The notes: generated by a model from the letters alone, not told the origin. A stretch of 64,000 nucleotides of DNA from an uncultured Gammaproteobacteria bacterium (GCA_963717355.1 OY970328.1:2165275-2229274); one strand, 5' to 3'. Counted from the stretch's first letter, positions 21,283-30,563 are shown. Program-made: numbers and translations.

Positions 21283-21900
21283 TCAGGCGGCCTTGCGTCG
21301 GCGGCTGAAGCGGCCGGCGGCGAGAATCGCCGGGGCGATCAGCCAGGCAGTGGCCGGAAGCGGTACCACGCCGACATCGGCCTGCGAGTAGGTGACGGCT
21401 ATGGCGCCCGCGTCCTGGTCGGTCCAGCTGTTGTCGACGCCGTCGTCGAACACGTTGATGTTTGCGGTGGCGCCGCCCGCCGCGCTGCCGAGGACCTGGA
21501 AGTTGATCCGGTACGCGTCGAAGTCGCCGTGCGCATAGCCCGTCGCGTTACGCAGCACACTGATGATCACCGTGCTCGGATTCTGCACCGTCGGAGGGGT
21601 GATGAAGTCGAACGGCGTTCCCGGCGCCAGCGTGGCGCTGATCAGTGAGACCACTGAGTTGTCATACGTGATCGTGAGCGTCGAACCGGTCGTGCCCGTG
21701 GCCGTGCCGTCGCCCGGGAAGGCGATCCCGTGCAGCGTCACGAAAAACGAGTCGCCCGGGTTCACGACCGCGTCGCAGGTCGCCGGCGGCCCGCCGGCAT
21801 CGACGCACGTATCGTTCGGCCGCACCTCAACTGACGCCGCCATGGCGGCGGAGGAGCCGAGGAGCGCCAGCGCTCCGAGTGCAGAAATGGTCTTTTTCAT
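21283..21900 (-). CDS. Secreted cohesin-like beta-sandwich protein with VPLPA-CTERM (PEP-CTERM variant) sorting signal
   Basis: Signal peptide MKKTISALGALALLGSSAAMA. The body follows a cohesin-like pattern (PGDSFFVTLH...GSTLTITYDNSVVSL...LAPGTPFDF...GDFDAYRINFQVL...ANINVFDD). The C-terminus is GVVPLPATAWLIAPAILAAGRFSRRRKAA. Confidence 0.6.
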   Translation of the reverse strand: MKKTISALGALALLGSSAAMAASVEVRPNDTCVDAGGPPATCDAVVNPGDSFFVTLHGIAFPGDGTATGTTGSTLTITYDNSVVSLISATLAPGTPFDFITPPTVQNPSTVIISVLRNATGYAHGDFDAYRINFQVLGSAAGGATANINVFDDGVDNSWTDQDAGAIAVTYSQADVGVVPLPATAWLIAPAILAAGRFSRRRKAA

Positions 21901-21930
21901 GTTGTTATACCTCGGTATCGGTGGCGTGCG

Positions 21931-22539
21931 TTACACCCGGCGCAGGCGCTTGATGCCCGCGAGGCTGCCGAGCGCGCTCACCAGCATCCAGACCGCTGCC
22001 GGCACGGGGATGGGCGGACCGCCGCAGGAATTGACGCAGACGTTGGCCTGGTTGTAGCTCATCGGGATCGAGGCCGCATCCTGGTCGGTCCAGGCGTTGT
22101 CCGCCCCGTCGTCGAACACGACGATGTTCGCAACGCCATTCGCGATGGTCGCGAAGTTGATCTGGAAGGCATCGAACGTGCCGACCGCATAACCCGCGGC
22201 GTTACGCAGCGCGCTGACTTTCACCGACCCCGGGCCATTGGGAGTCAGAGGGGTGATGAAGTCGAGTGGTGAGCCGGGGCTCAGCGCCGCACCCGTCACG
22301 TTGACGATGGCCGGGTCGAAATTGATGGTCAGCGACGCACCGGTCGAGCCCGTGTTCGTGCCGTCGCCCGGCATGTCTGCGACATGCAAGGTCACGAAGA
22401 AATTGCCGGAAGGCACAGTGGCCGTGCAGCACGGCGTGGTGATGCCCGTGCTCGGAACCACTGACACCGTCGCCGCCATGCTCGCCGCCGAGCCAAGCAA
22501 CGCCAGCGCCCCCAAGGTCGTCACTATTGTCTTTTTCAT
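21931..22539 (-). CDS. Secreted cohesin-like protein with PEP-CTERM-type sorting signal (paralogue of 21283-21900)
   Basis: Same architecture: MKKTIVTTLGALALLGSAASMA...GNFFVTLH...ASLTINFDPAIVNV...GTFDAFQINFATI...ANIVVFDD...PIPVPAAVWMLVSALGSLAGIKRLRRV. Confidence 0.6.
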   Translation of the reverse strand: MKKTIVTTLGALALLGSAASMAATVSVVPSTGITTPCCTATVPSGNFFVTLHVADMPGDGTNTGSTGASLTINFDPAIVNVTGAALSPGSPLDFITPLTPNGPGSVKVSALRNAAGYAVGTFDAFQINFATIANGVANIVVFDDGADNAWTDQDAASIPMSYNQANVCVNSCGGPPIPVPAAVWMLVSALGSLAGIKRLRRV

Positions 22540-22623
22540 GTTGGCTTCTCGCTGTGTAGTTGGTAGTTGGTTGAATGAATAGTCAGTCGTCGATTTCCGA
22601 TTCTTCCCCCGGAAACCCGGACC

Positions 22624-24177
22624 TTACGGTCCGGGCGCCGTGTTCAGCCGATTGCGCAGCAGCGTGTAGTCCGCCGTCGTCACCGAGCCGGTGCCATTCA
22701 TGTCGGCCTTGATGATATTGCCGACCACGCACGGCGACGTGCACGACACCTCGTTGTCCAGATGGTTCAGCACGTTGCGCAACAGGGTGTAGTCGCTGGT
22801 GTTCACACCGCCGCTGTTATTGATGTCCGCATCGCACCAGTTGCCGAATGCGTCCGCTCCTCCGTCGGCGTTGAACTGCGACTTGGGAATGCTTGCCGTA
22901 TTCGGCACGTTGCCCGCCTCGTTGTTCGGCACCCAATCGCAGTTGTCGGTGACGTCGAGGATGGTGTCGTTGTCGTCATCGGTGTCACAGGCATTGCCCT
23001 GGCCGTCGTTGTCGACGTCGAACTGGTTGGCGTTGGCCACGTTGACGCAGTTGTCGACCGGGTCGCCAACGGTGTCGCCGTCGGCATCCAGGGCGAAGAT
23101 CATGTAGCTACGGCCGCCGAGGTTGGCGTTGTTCGGGCAGGCCGGTCCCTGGCCCGTTCCGAACAGGTAGCAACCGCCGCCGGGCTCCGGGCCGCCCTGG
23201 TTGGGGACGTCTGCCGGATCGGCGAGATCGTCGCTGTTGGACAGGACCAGGTAGTTGGCATCGTCCTGGTACTTGATGTTGAGGTCCAGCGCGCCCGAGG
23301 TCGCGGCGCAGCCGGGGCCCGCCTGGCCGAGGGTCTGAATCTCGAGGCCGCGGGGCTTCTCGGTGCCCTCGTGATAGGTGTTTTCAGGAGGCGTCGCACC
23401 GACGGTGCCGGGCCAACCGTCGTTCACCGTATCCAGCGGCTTCGGCGGCGCCTCGTCCGGACCGTAGTTCAGGCTGTAATCGTCCAGCGGCAGGGCGGGT
23501 GGGCCACCGGCATACGCCGTGCCCCCGTTGATGGTCTCGGTCACGCACTTCGGATTGCCGCCGACGTTCCATGAGGCAATGGTCTCGTCGGTGAGATTGC
23601 CAGTGTACCCGTTCGAGGTGTTGTTGCTCGAATTGAAATTCACGTTCTTGCAGCCACTCGCATACACCGAGGCGAGGAACACGCCCTCGATGCATTCGTA
23701 GGTGCTGGCGTTGGCGGCCGGCGTAGGGCCTACCGCGTACGTGAGGTTCGTAATCTTGTCGCTGATCACCTGCGTGCTGTTCGGGTTGCTGCCGATGTAC
23801 GACGTCGCCCACAGCATGCCCGTGGCCGTCATCGACGCGCCGGTCCAGTTCCAGGTGGCGATGCCGGCGCCGGTGATGGTGGCGATGACATTGTTGGTGA
23901 CGAGCCAGGAGGCCTGGCCGGAGGTATTCGGGGGCGTCGGGTTATAGCAGGGTTGCTTGTAGATCGCCGTCGTCGGCGTGTTCGAGGCGCCAGTCATCGT
24001 CGCGAGGTTCGGACAACCTTGCGCGGCGCCGGCTCTCCACGCGAGTGCACTCAACGCTCCGCCACTGCTTCGCTGATACCAGCCGACGAGCACAACGGGC
24101 CCGGTCGGTAACGCCATGGCAGTACCCCATACCGCCATTGATGCCGCCATCGCGGCGATCATTGCAACTTTCTTCAC
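22624..24177 (-). CDS. Secreted protein: novel 8-Cys N-terminal domain, thrombospondin type-3 Ca-binding repeats, C-terminal dockerin (two EF-hand-like repeats)
   Basis: TSP3 repeats: [50 protein letters not shown]. Dockerin repeats: [22 protein letters not shown] and [21 protein letters not shown] (D-x-N-x-S/T-G-x-V-x-x-x-D plus helix). Signal peptide [22 protein letters not shown]. Confidence 0.75.
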   Translation of the reverse strand: MKKVAMIAAMAASMAVWGTAMALPTGPVVLVGWYQRSSGGALSALAWRAGAAQGCPNLATMTGASNTPTTAIYKQPCYNPTPPNTSGQASWLVTNNVIATITGAGIATWNWTGASMTATGMLWATSYIGSNPNSTQVISDKITNLTYAVGPTPAANASTYECIEGVFLASVYASGCKNVNFNSSNNTSNGYTGNLTDETIASWNVGGNPKCVTETINGGTAYAGGPPALPLDDYSLNYGPDEAPPKPLDTVNDGWPGTVGATPPENTYHEGTEKPRGLEIQTLGQAGPGCAATSGALDLNIKYQDDANYLVLSNSDDLADPADVPNQGGPEPGGGCYLFGTGQGPACPNNANLGGRSYMIFALDADGDTVGDPVDNCVNVANANQFDVDNDGQGNACDTDDDNDTILDVTDNCDWVPNNEAGNVPNTASIPKSQFNADGGADAFGNWCDADINNSGGVNTSDYTLLRNVLNHLDNEVSCTSPCVVGNIIKADMNGTGSVTTADYTLLRNRLNTAPGP

Positions 24178-24933
24178 TTAACTATCCTCCAGAACGACAC
24201 GGTTGTTGGCAGACATTTCCGGTCTGGAAAGGTGTTGTCCTGTGGTCTTCCCCTTATCTCTCGCTCTCAAAATTCGCTTGTCGATTTTCGAGAGAGCAAG
24301 ACCTTGGACTTTCATTACTCTGCAGCCGCTGTAACACGACTGCAGGCGATCCCTTTTCGTCCGGTCGGGAGCCAGTCTACGCCCGCGAGGGGTGGGCGCA
24401 AGGCCTCCCTTAACATAATTTTCGAAATTGTCCGCAGCCTGAAGAACGGCCCTCGCGTCCGATTTTCCAGCGCATTTTTGCATCCGCAGCAGGAGCGAAT
24501 GGCATGCCCCGTCCAGACTCGGCAACTTGCATCGGACGGCGTCCCGAGACGCGCGTCCGGGCCAGGCGCTGCGCGGGCCGGCCGCACCTGCCAGCCGCGC
24601 CACCTATATATATGTGTCGAGGCCGGGCGGCATCGGCGCCGCCAGCAGCCGGAAACCCCTTGTGCCCCTTGACTGTTGCGCGACTTTACGGCACACGGGT
24701 CGCCAGCCCCGTACCGGGCGCTTTCGGGCACGGCCGGCGACTTGCCCGCGGGGACACTGTTACTGTAAGTTTGACCGGCATTCGCGAGGGGGTGTCGCGG
24801 GCGATGGAGGTCTGCCCGGCGACAATGACCAAGAGTGAAGGAGCTTCACGGCCACGCCGTGCGAGATTCCCGCCTGAAGTCCTGATGCAGTCCCCAAGCA
24901 CGATGCACAAGAGTAACTGGGGGATTCCCGGGC

Positions 24934-27099
24934 GTGTTCGCCGCCGGGATCCGTGTCAAGCGTGCTGAGGATCATTTCGTGGGAAAAGCAATACTCTCCT
25001 TCTTCTTCCTGGGCCTGCTCGCCGTCTCGAACTTCGCCGATGCCGCGACCTACAACCTGAAGCTGATCGTTCATAACCAGCGAAGCAGCAGCGGCACGCG
25101 CAGCACGCTCGTCTGGAAAGAATGCACGCCGAGCACCAACCTCGCGCCCTGCATTGCCTCGCCCACGCCGCAGTGGAACATCGACAACAACGTGGTCGGC
25201 TCCGACGCCGTGTGGACCTGGACGCCCGCGAGCGGCCTGGACGGGACCCTGGCAGAGACCGGCCAGTACTGGGTGACGTCCTACATCAACAGCAATCCCC
25301 GGGGCACGCCCGTGATCAGCGACCGCGTCGTGGATCTTGTCGTCGACACGCAGGCCCGCACGACGACGTTCGCATCGTACGACTGCATCGAGGGCACATT
25401 CCTCGCCGGCGTGAATGCGAGCGGCTGCAGGAACGTCAACCTCGGCTTCAACACCATCCTCGACAGCATCTCGGAATGGAATGTCGGCGGTGATCCCTAT
25501 TGCGTGACGCTTGAAATCGTCGACGACGACTTCAGCCTGCTCGACGGCAACAACGTCCCGATCTACAAGCCGGGCACGCCGAACCCGCGAGGCGGCCATG
25601 CCGTCAACCCCGGCGACCCGGGCCTGGCTCCCGGGTGCACCAAGACCTCGGGCGGATTCGACATCTGGTCGATGATCGATCCGGCCGTCGCGACCGCGCC
25701 GATGATCCCGACCAACCCGCTGACGAATCAGCCCTACGACCACTATGACCTCCTGTTCATCTCCAACGGCGTCGACGTCATCGGCTGCACGCTGCCCGTA
25801 GACATCGACTGCCAGGGCGCCAACTGGATAACGTTCGCGTACGCGCCGACCGCGAGCGACGACCCGGTCGATGTGCCGCAGGGCGTGGCGACGCCGGTCG
25901 ACGTGCTCGCCAACGACACCTACCTGACGCCGAACACCGGCGCCAGGACGATCAGTTTCGCGGCGCCCATCACGCTGACCATCGAGACGCAGCCCATCAA
26001 GGGCACCGCGCAGGTCACCGGCTCGACGATCACCTACACGTCCAATCCCACGGCGACCGGCAGCGACAGGATCGTCTACAAGGTGGTGGACGCCAACGGC
26101 GACAGCGATACCGCGACGGTTGATATCCACATGGATGTGCCCGGCGCCAGCGACGACACCGCCGTGGTGCTCATCAACGGCCCGGCGACGGACATCAACG
26201 TCGGCGCCAACGACACCGGGCTCACCGACCCGGTGACGGTCACGATCGAGACCCCGCCGGCCCGCGGCACGGCCACGGCCGGGCCTGTCGGGCCGAGGGC
26301 GGATGCCACCGTCAGCTTCACGCCGGACACGGTGCCTTATAACGCGGCGTCCTACGACGTGGAATTCAGCTACCGGATCGCAGACGGCACCGGCTTCAGC
26401 AGCACCGCCTTCGTGACGGTACACGTCAGGAAACCGCTCGAGGCGACGAGGACCATCACGACCCAGGGTCACGACCCGCTTGGCAGAACGGCCACTTTCA
26501 CGCCGTTCGGCAGCGACGTTACGATCCTGACGCAGGGCACGAGAGGCACCGTCACACAGAGTGGCAACCTCCTCACGTACACGATCACGGATCCCACCTT
26601 CTTCACGGGGTCCGACACGTTCACCTACCTGGTGACGGTTGCCGGCGAGGAGGTCTTCGGCCTGGTGACGGTAACAGTGCCGGATGCTCTCGCCGCTCCG
26701 CGAATGGAGGACGGCGTCATCCGGATGGACCAGGACACATCTGGCACCATCCTGCTCGGCATCGTGCCGGGCAACGGCACGCTGTCCCAGCACAACGTCA
26801 CGATCAGCACGCCGGCTGTCAGCGGCGACTGCACACTCAGTGGCGTCGGGACGCAGGTGATCTCGATCACCTATACGCCGGACCCGGGTTTTACGGGCAC
26901 CGACGAGTGCGTCGTGACGGCAACGGACGCCGACCTGGACTCGGGCCAGGCCACGATGCGCATGACGGTCCTTACGGCGACCAGCGGTGGCAGTGCCTCT
27001 CTGCCGGGCGGTGGCGGGTCGGTGGACCTGTGGAGCCTCTCGCTGCTCGCGGGGGCGTGGTCACTGCGGCGCCGCCTTCGTGGCCGGGGCAACGGGTAG
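24934..27099 (+). CDS. Secreted protein: the same 8-Cys N-terminal domain, tandem cadherin/Ig-like repeats, GlyGly-CTERM sorting signal
   Basis: The likely true start is GTG 24979 (VGKAILSFFFLGLLAVSNFADA). Repeats of the type DDPVDVPQGVATPVDVLANDT / DDTAVVLINGPATDINVGANDT. C-terminus SGGSASLPGGGGSVDLWSLSLLAGAWSLRRRLRGR. Confidence 0.75.
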   Translation: MFAAGIRVKRAEDHFVGKAILSFFFLGLLAVSNFADAATYNLKLIVHNQRSSSGTRSTLVWKECTPSTNLAPCIASPTPQWNIDNNVVGSDAVWTWTPASGLDGTLAETGQYWVTSYINSNPRGTPVISDRVVDLVVDTQARTTTFASYDCIEGTFLAGVNASGCRNVNLGFNTILDSISEWNVGGDPYCVTLEIVDDDFSLLDGNNVPIYKPGTPNPRGGHAVNPGDPGLAPGCTKTSGGFDIWSMIDPAVATAPMIPTNPLTNQPYDHYDLLFISNGVDVIGCTLPVDIDCQGANWITFAYAPTASDDPVDVPQGVATPVDVLANDTYLTPNTGARTISFAAPITLTIETQPIKGTAQVTGSTITYTSNPTATGSDRIVYKVVDANGDSDTATVDIHMDVPGASDDTAVVLINGPATDINVGANDTGLTDPVTVTIETPPARGTATAGPVGPRADATVSFTPDTVPYNAASYDVEFSYRIADGTGFSSTAFVTVHVRKPLEATRTITTQGHDPLGRTATFTPFGSDVTILTQGTRGTVTQSGNLLTYTITDPTFFTGSDTFTYLVTVAGEEVFGLVTVTVPDALAAPRMEDGVIRMDQDTSGTILLGIVPGNGTLSQHNVTISTPAVSGDCTLSGVGTQVISITYTPDPGFTGTDECVVTATDADLDSGQATMRMTVLTATSGGSASLPGGGGSVDLWSLSLLAGAWSLRRRLRGRGNG

Positions 27100-27188
27100 A
27101 ACGCGGCTCGAGGTGGGGCCGGTAGCCAACAAATGCCCGTGACGGCCGGTCGCGGGCATTTTCGTAGGGGATTCTCGGGGGACAAGGC

Positions 27189-30100
27189 ATGACGATGGAT
27201 AAGAAAGAGATCTGCAACGGGGCAGGCAGCGCGGCCGCCATCCTGATGGCTCTGATGGCCGGGGTGGCCCTACAGGCCATACCAAACGGCGCCCTCGCCC
27301 AGGAGATTGAGGAAATCACCGTCACGGCGCGCCGCGTGGAGGAGAAATTGAAAGAGGTGCCGCTCGCGATCACCGCGTTCGACGAGAAGGCGATCGAAGC
27401 GGCCGGCATCACGAATCTCAGCGACGTGGCCGCCCTCACGCCTGGTCTCTCGTTCTTCAACGCCTTCGGCGAAGCCCTGCCCGTGCCAATCATCCGCGGC
27501 ATCGTGCCCCAGGACATCTTCGGCCAGAATGCGGCCGCGATCTTCGTGGACGGCGTGTACGTGTCCGGCCGCGAAGGTTTGAACTTCAGCCAGCTCGACA
27601 TCGAGCGCATCGAGGTGCTGAAGGGCCCGCAGAGCGCCATGTACGGCCGCAACGCGTTCAGCGGCGCCATCAACTACGTCACCAAGAAACCGAGCGACGT
27701 CTTCGAAGCGAAGGGCAGCGTCGGCCTCGGCAATTACGGCCGGCAGAAGGTCATCGGCTCCATCAGCGGCCCGATCTTCAGCGAGAGCTTCACGGGCCGC
27801 ATGTCGGCGCTCTACGAGGATTGGGACGGCTCGTACGACAACACGCTCGGCTCCACCGACATCGGCGGCTACCGCTATCGCAGCTTCCAGGGGCGGCTGC
27901 GCTGGGTAGCGGCGGATAACCTCGAATTCAACCTCGGCGCCTATTACTCCAAGGACCACATCGACGATCCGGCCACGAGCAGCATTCCGGTCAACTGCGA
28001 GGACCGCGTGGAGCAGACGAAGGATAACCAGCTGACGCGGCCTTATCCTCGCTTCCAGACCTGGTGCGGCAAGATCCCGGATCTCGCCGCCCTGCCGGAC
28101 AGCCTGGACCGCGAGGCCCTGATCAACCAGCAGTTCGTGACGCTGCCGGGCTCGGTCACCGGTGATTCGATGCCGGCGGAGGACCAGGCAGTCGGCGAGG
28201 CCCGCAACCTCACGCGCGCCAATTTCAGCATCGCCTGGGAACCCGGTGACTGGGGCAGCTTCGCGAGCCTCACCGGCTACTCGAATCTCAAGAACTCCAG
28301 CGTGTTCGACTTCGAGCGTGGCGCGGGCAACACGGTACCCATGGTCTACTGCCCCAACATCGGGACAACGGGGAACTCCGGTTTGCCCCAGTGCCTGAAT
28401 CTAGACGGCAGCGGCGGGGCCGACAACTACTACACGCAGCTCTGGCCGATGGGTTTCATCAACTACAACCGCGGCTCCACAACCGAGGAATGGAGCCAGG
28501 AAATCCGCTTCACGAGCCCGCAGGATCAGCGACTGCGCTGGACGGCCGGCGCCTATTATTTCGACTCCAACGAGGTCGGCTACCAGGGCGGGCTGATCAC
28601 GACGACGCCGCTGCCGTCAGTCTCGGATCCGGATATTCCGGCTTATCTGCAGTTCGGCCTGGGTCCGATTCCGAGTACGACGAACCTCGCCATCGGATCC
28701 TTCATCTTCGGGCCTGGCATAACGCCGGACGGCGCCAGGGATCCGCTGGACCGGAAGAGGTCAGAAGAGGACATCAAGTCCTGGTCCGTCTTCGGCGGCG
28801 GGGATTTCAAGATCACGGAGGAGTGGGAGCTCCACGGCGAGCTGCGCCTGACGCAGCAGTACCAGGAGCAGTTCGCCTACAGCTACAAGCGCTGCGCCCA
28901 GTCGTTCAACCCCGATCCGAACAGCGAGTTCAACGGCCAGATTCCCCCGATCTACCGTACGAACCAGTTCCCGTTCAACACTCCGCCGTCCGACCTCTGC
29001 GGCGACGATTATTTCGACCTGCGTACGGCCTACGACCCGTCGACCACTCCTTACGACAACGGGCCGTACACCACCGGGCCGTGCGAGCCCTTGCTGGACG
29101 AGATCGGCCAGGAGCTCAACAACGGCGTGTGCGTGCCCGGCGCCTTCACGGGCTCGACGCGCTTCGAGACGGTCACCGGACGCCTCGGCATCAAGTGGAT
29201 GTTCAATCCGGACTGGATGGTGTACGCCTCCGTAGCCTACGGCGAGAAGCCGGGCGGCATTCAGCTCCTACGTCCGAGCGTGTTCACCGCGAACCGCTCG
29301 GTCATCCCCGAGCCCATCTCTCACACCTTCGACCCGGAGAAGATCACGGCCTACGAGGTCGGCATCAAGGGCACGACCGCGGACCGGCGCATCAGCATCG
29401 ATCTCGCGGCGTTCTACAACGACTGGACCGACATCGTGCTCCGCCAGTTGACGGAGCTCTCGCCGAAGAGCGGCCTGACGTACACCAGCCTCGTCGGCTT
29501 CAACATCAACTCGGGCGATGCCGGGGTCTGGGGCTGGGAGGCCACGACCGACCTCGCGATCACCGAAAATCTGACCGGGCGCCTGACCGCGGCCTGGACC
29601 GACTCGACGATCAAGAACGCGCGGCAGGACACCTTCGCCCTCTTCCCGAGCTTCTACACCGATGAGCCGAGCTGCGCGCCGGAGGCCATCGCCGGCCTCC
29701 CGGACCCGACGCCCTTCATCGACGACGCTCCCGGCCAGCCGGGCACCGGGTATCCCAACAAGGAGGGCAACGAGGCCCAGACCAACAAGGCGAAGCAGTG
29801 CCAGGCGATATCGGGCGATGTCTCCGGCAACACGCAGATGCGCCAGCCGGAGTGGACGGCCAGCGCCTCTCTGACCTACGACCACTCGCTCGCCGGCGAG
29901 TGGAACTGGTCGGCGCGTGCCGACGCCAACTATGTCGGCAAGATCTTCCTCGGCAACGACAACCTCGGCTGGATGCCGGCATACTACAACGTGAATTTCC
30001 GGATGGGGGTCAGCTCGCCGCGCTACTCGGTGGATTTCTGGGTGCGCAACCTCCTCGAGAACAACAACCCCACCGCGGCCTTCCGCGACATCTACTGGTC

Positions 30101-30254
30101 GAACAACAGCAACCTGACGGGAATGGAGAGCGGCGATCCGGCGCAGTTCTCGAACTTCGACGACTTCCCGCCGTTGCGGCTGTCCGTCAGCTATCCGAGC
30201 CTGCGTACGTACGGGCTCGAGGCGAAGATGCGGTTCGGCGGCGCCGAGCGCTAA
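27189..30254 (+). CDS. TonB-dependent receptor (large, ~1020 aa)
   Basis: Signal peptide, then a plug domain (EEITVTARRVEEKLKEVPLAITAF...IERIEVLKGPQSAMYGRNAFSGAINYVTKKP) and a long beta-barrel ending YPSLRTYGLEAKMRF. Confidence 0.9.
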   Translation: MTMDKKEICNGAGSAAAILMALMAGVALQAIPNGALAQEIEEITVTARRVEEKLKEVPLAITAFDEKAIEAAGITNLSDVAALTPGLSFFNAFGEALPVPIIRGIVPQDIFGQNAAAIFVDGVYVSGREGLNFSQLDIERIEVLKGPQSAMYGRNAFSGAINYVTKKPSDVFEAKGSVGLGNYGRQKVIGSISGPIFSESFTGRMSALYEDWDGSYDNTLGSTDIGGYRYRSFQGRLRWVAADNLEFNLGAYYSKDHIDDPATSSIPVNCEDRVEQTKDNQLTRPYPRFQTWCGKIPDLAALPDSLDREALINQQFVTLPGSVTGDSMPAEDQAVGEARNLTRANFSIAWEPGDWGSFASLTGYSNLKNSSVFDFERGAGNTVPMVYCPNIGTTGNSGLPQCLNLDGSGGADNYYTQLWPMGFINYNRGSTTEEWSQEIRFTSPQDQRLRWTAGAYYFDSNEVGYQGGLITTTPLPSVSDPDIPAYLQFGLGPIPSTTNLAIGSFIFGPGITPDGARDPLDRKRSEEDIKSWSVFGGGDFKITEEWELHGELRLTQQYQEQFAYSYKRCAQSFNPDPNSEFNGQIPPIYRTNQFPFNTPPSDLCGDDYFDLRTAYDPSTTPYDNGPYTTGPCEPLLDEIGQELNNGVCVPGAFTGSTRFETVTGRLGIKWMFNPDWMVYASVAYGEKPGGIQLLRPSVFTANRSVIPEPISHTFDPEKITAYEVGIKGTTADRRISIDLAAFYNDWTDIVLRQLTELSPKSGLTYTSLVGFNINSGDAGVWGWEATTDLAITENLTGRLTAAWTDSTIKNARQDTFALFPSFYTDEPSCAPEAIAGLPDPTPFIDDAPGQPGTGYPNKEGNEAQTNKAKQCQAISGDVSGNTQMRQPEWTASASLTYDHSLAGEWNWSARADANYVGKIFLGNDNLGWMPAYYNVNFRMGVSSPRYSVDFWVRNLLENNNPTAAFRDIYWSNNSNLTGMESGDPAQFSNFDDFPPLRLSVSYPSLRTYGLEAKMRFGGAER

Positions 30255-30277
30255 GCCGCGAGAGGGCTGATCACGAC

Positions 30278-30301
30278 GGGGCCAGGCGAAAGCCTAGCCC
30301 C
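30278..30301 (+). terminator. Possible terminator hairpin after the TonB-dependent receptor gene
   Basis: GGGGCCAGG-CGAAAG-CCTAGCCCC (1 mismatch) followed by GTTCGCTTTG. The T-tract is weak. Confidence 0.35.
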
Positions 30302-30339
30302 GTTCGCTTTGCACCAGCCACCCGGCATGGCCCGCCAAC

Positions 30340-30563
30340 CCGGTTTGCCCTGCCGGCTCGCCCGCTTTCCTGCCTTCACGCGAAGAGGCTACTCCCCGAA
30401 AGGCGGGTTCCCTCACAGGCTCGCTCGCTGCGGTGTCCGCCGCACTCGCCATCCTTGGCTCGTGGCGGCGGATCGCCGGCATCCCTGCCGGCGACCAGTA
30501 GGCAAGCCTTGCTCGCATCGCCTGTTCGGCGAACCGGCCGATGGGCTGCACCGGGTCGGCGGG
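30340..30563 (+). repeat. ~225 bp repeat, right flank of the accessory locus (inverted relative to 20889-21165)
   Basis: See 20889-21165. A shorter degenerate relative also lies at ~6930-7010. Confidence 0.8.

Noticed and set aside
24760-26793. Long antisense ORFs opposite well-supported genes (also 5474-6718, 8577-10655, 37513-39516, 49157-51211, 19355-20119 and others)
   Set aside because: Arg/Ala/Gly/Pro-rich translations with no family motifs, always mirrored by a convincing gene on the other strand. This is the classic high-GC open-frame artefact.
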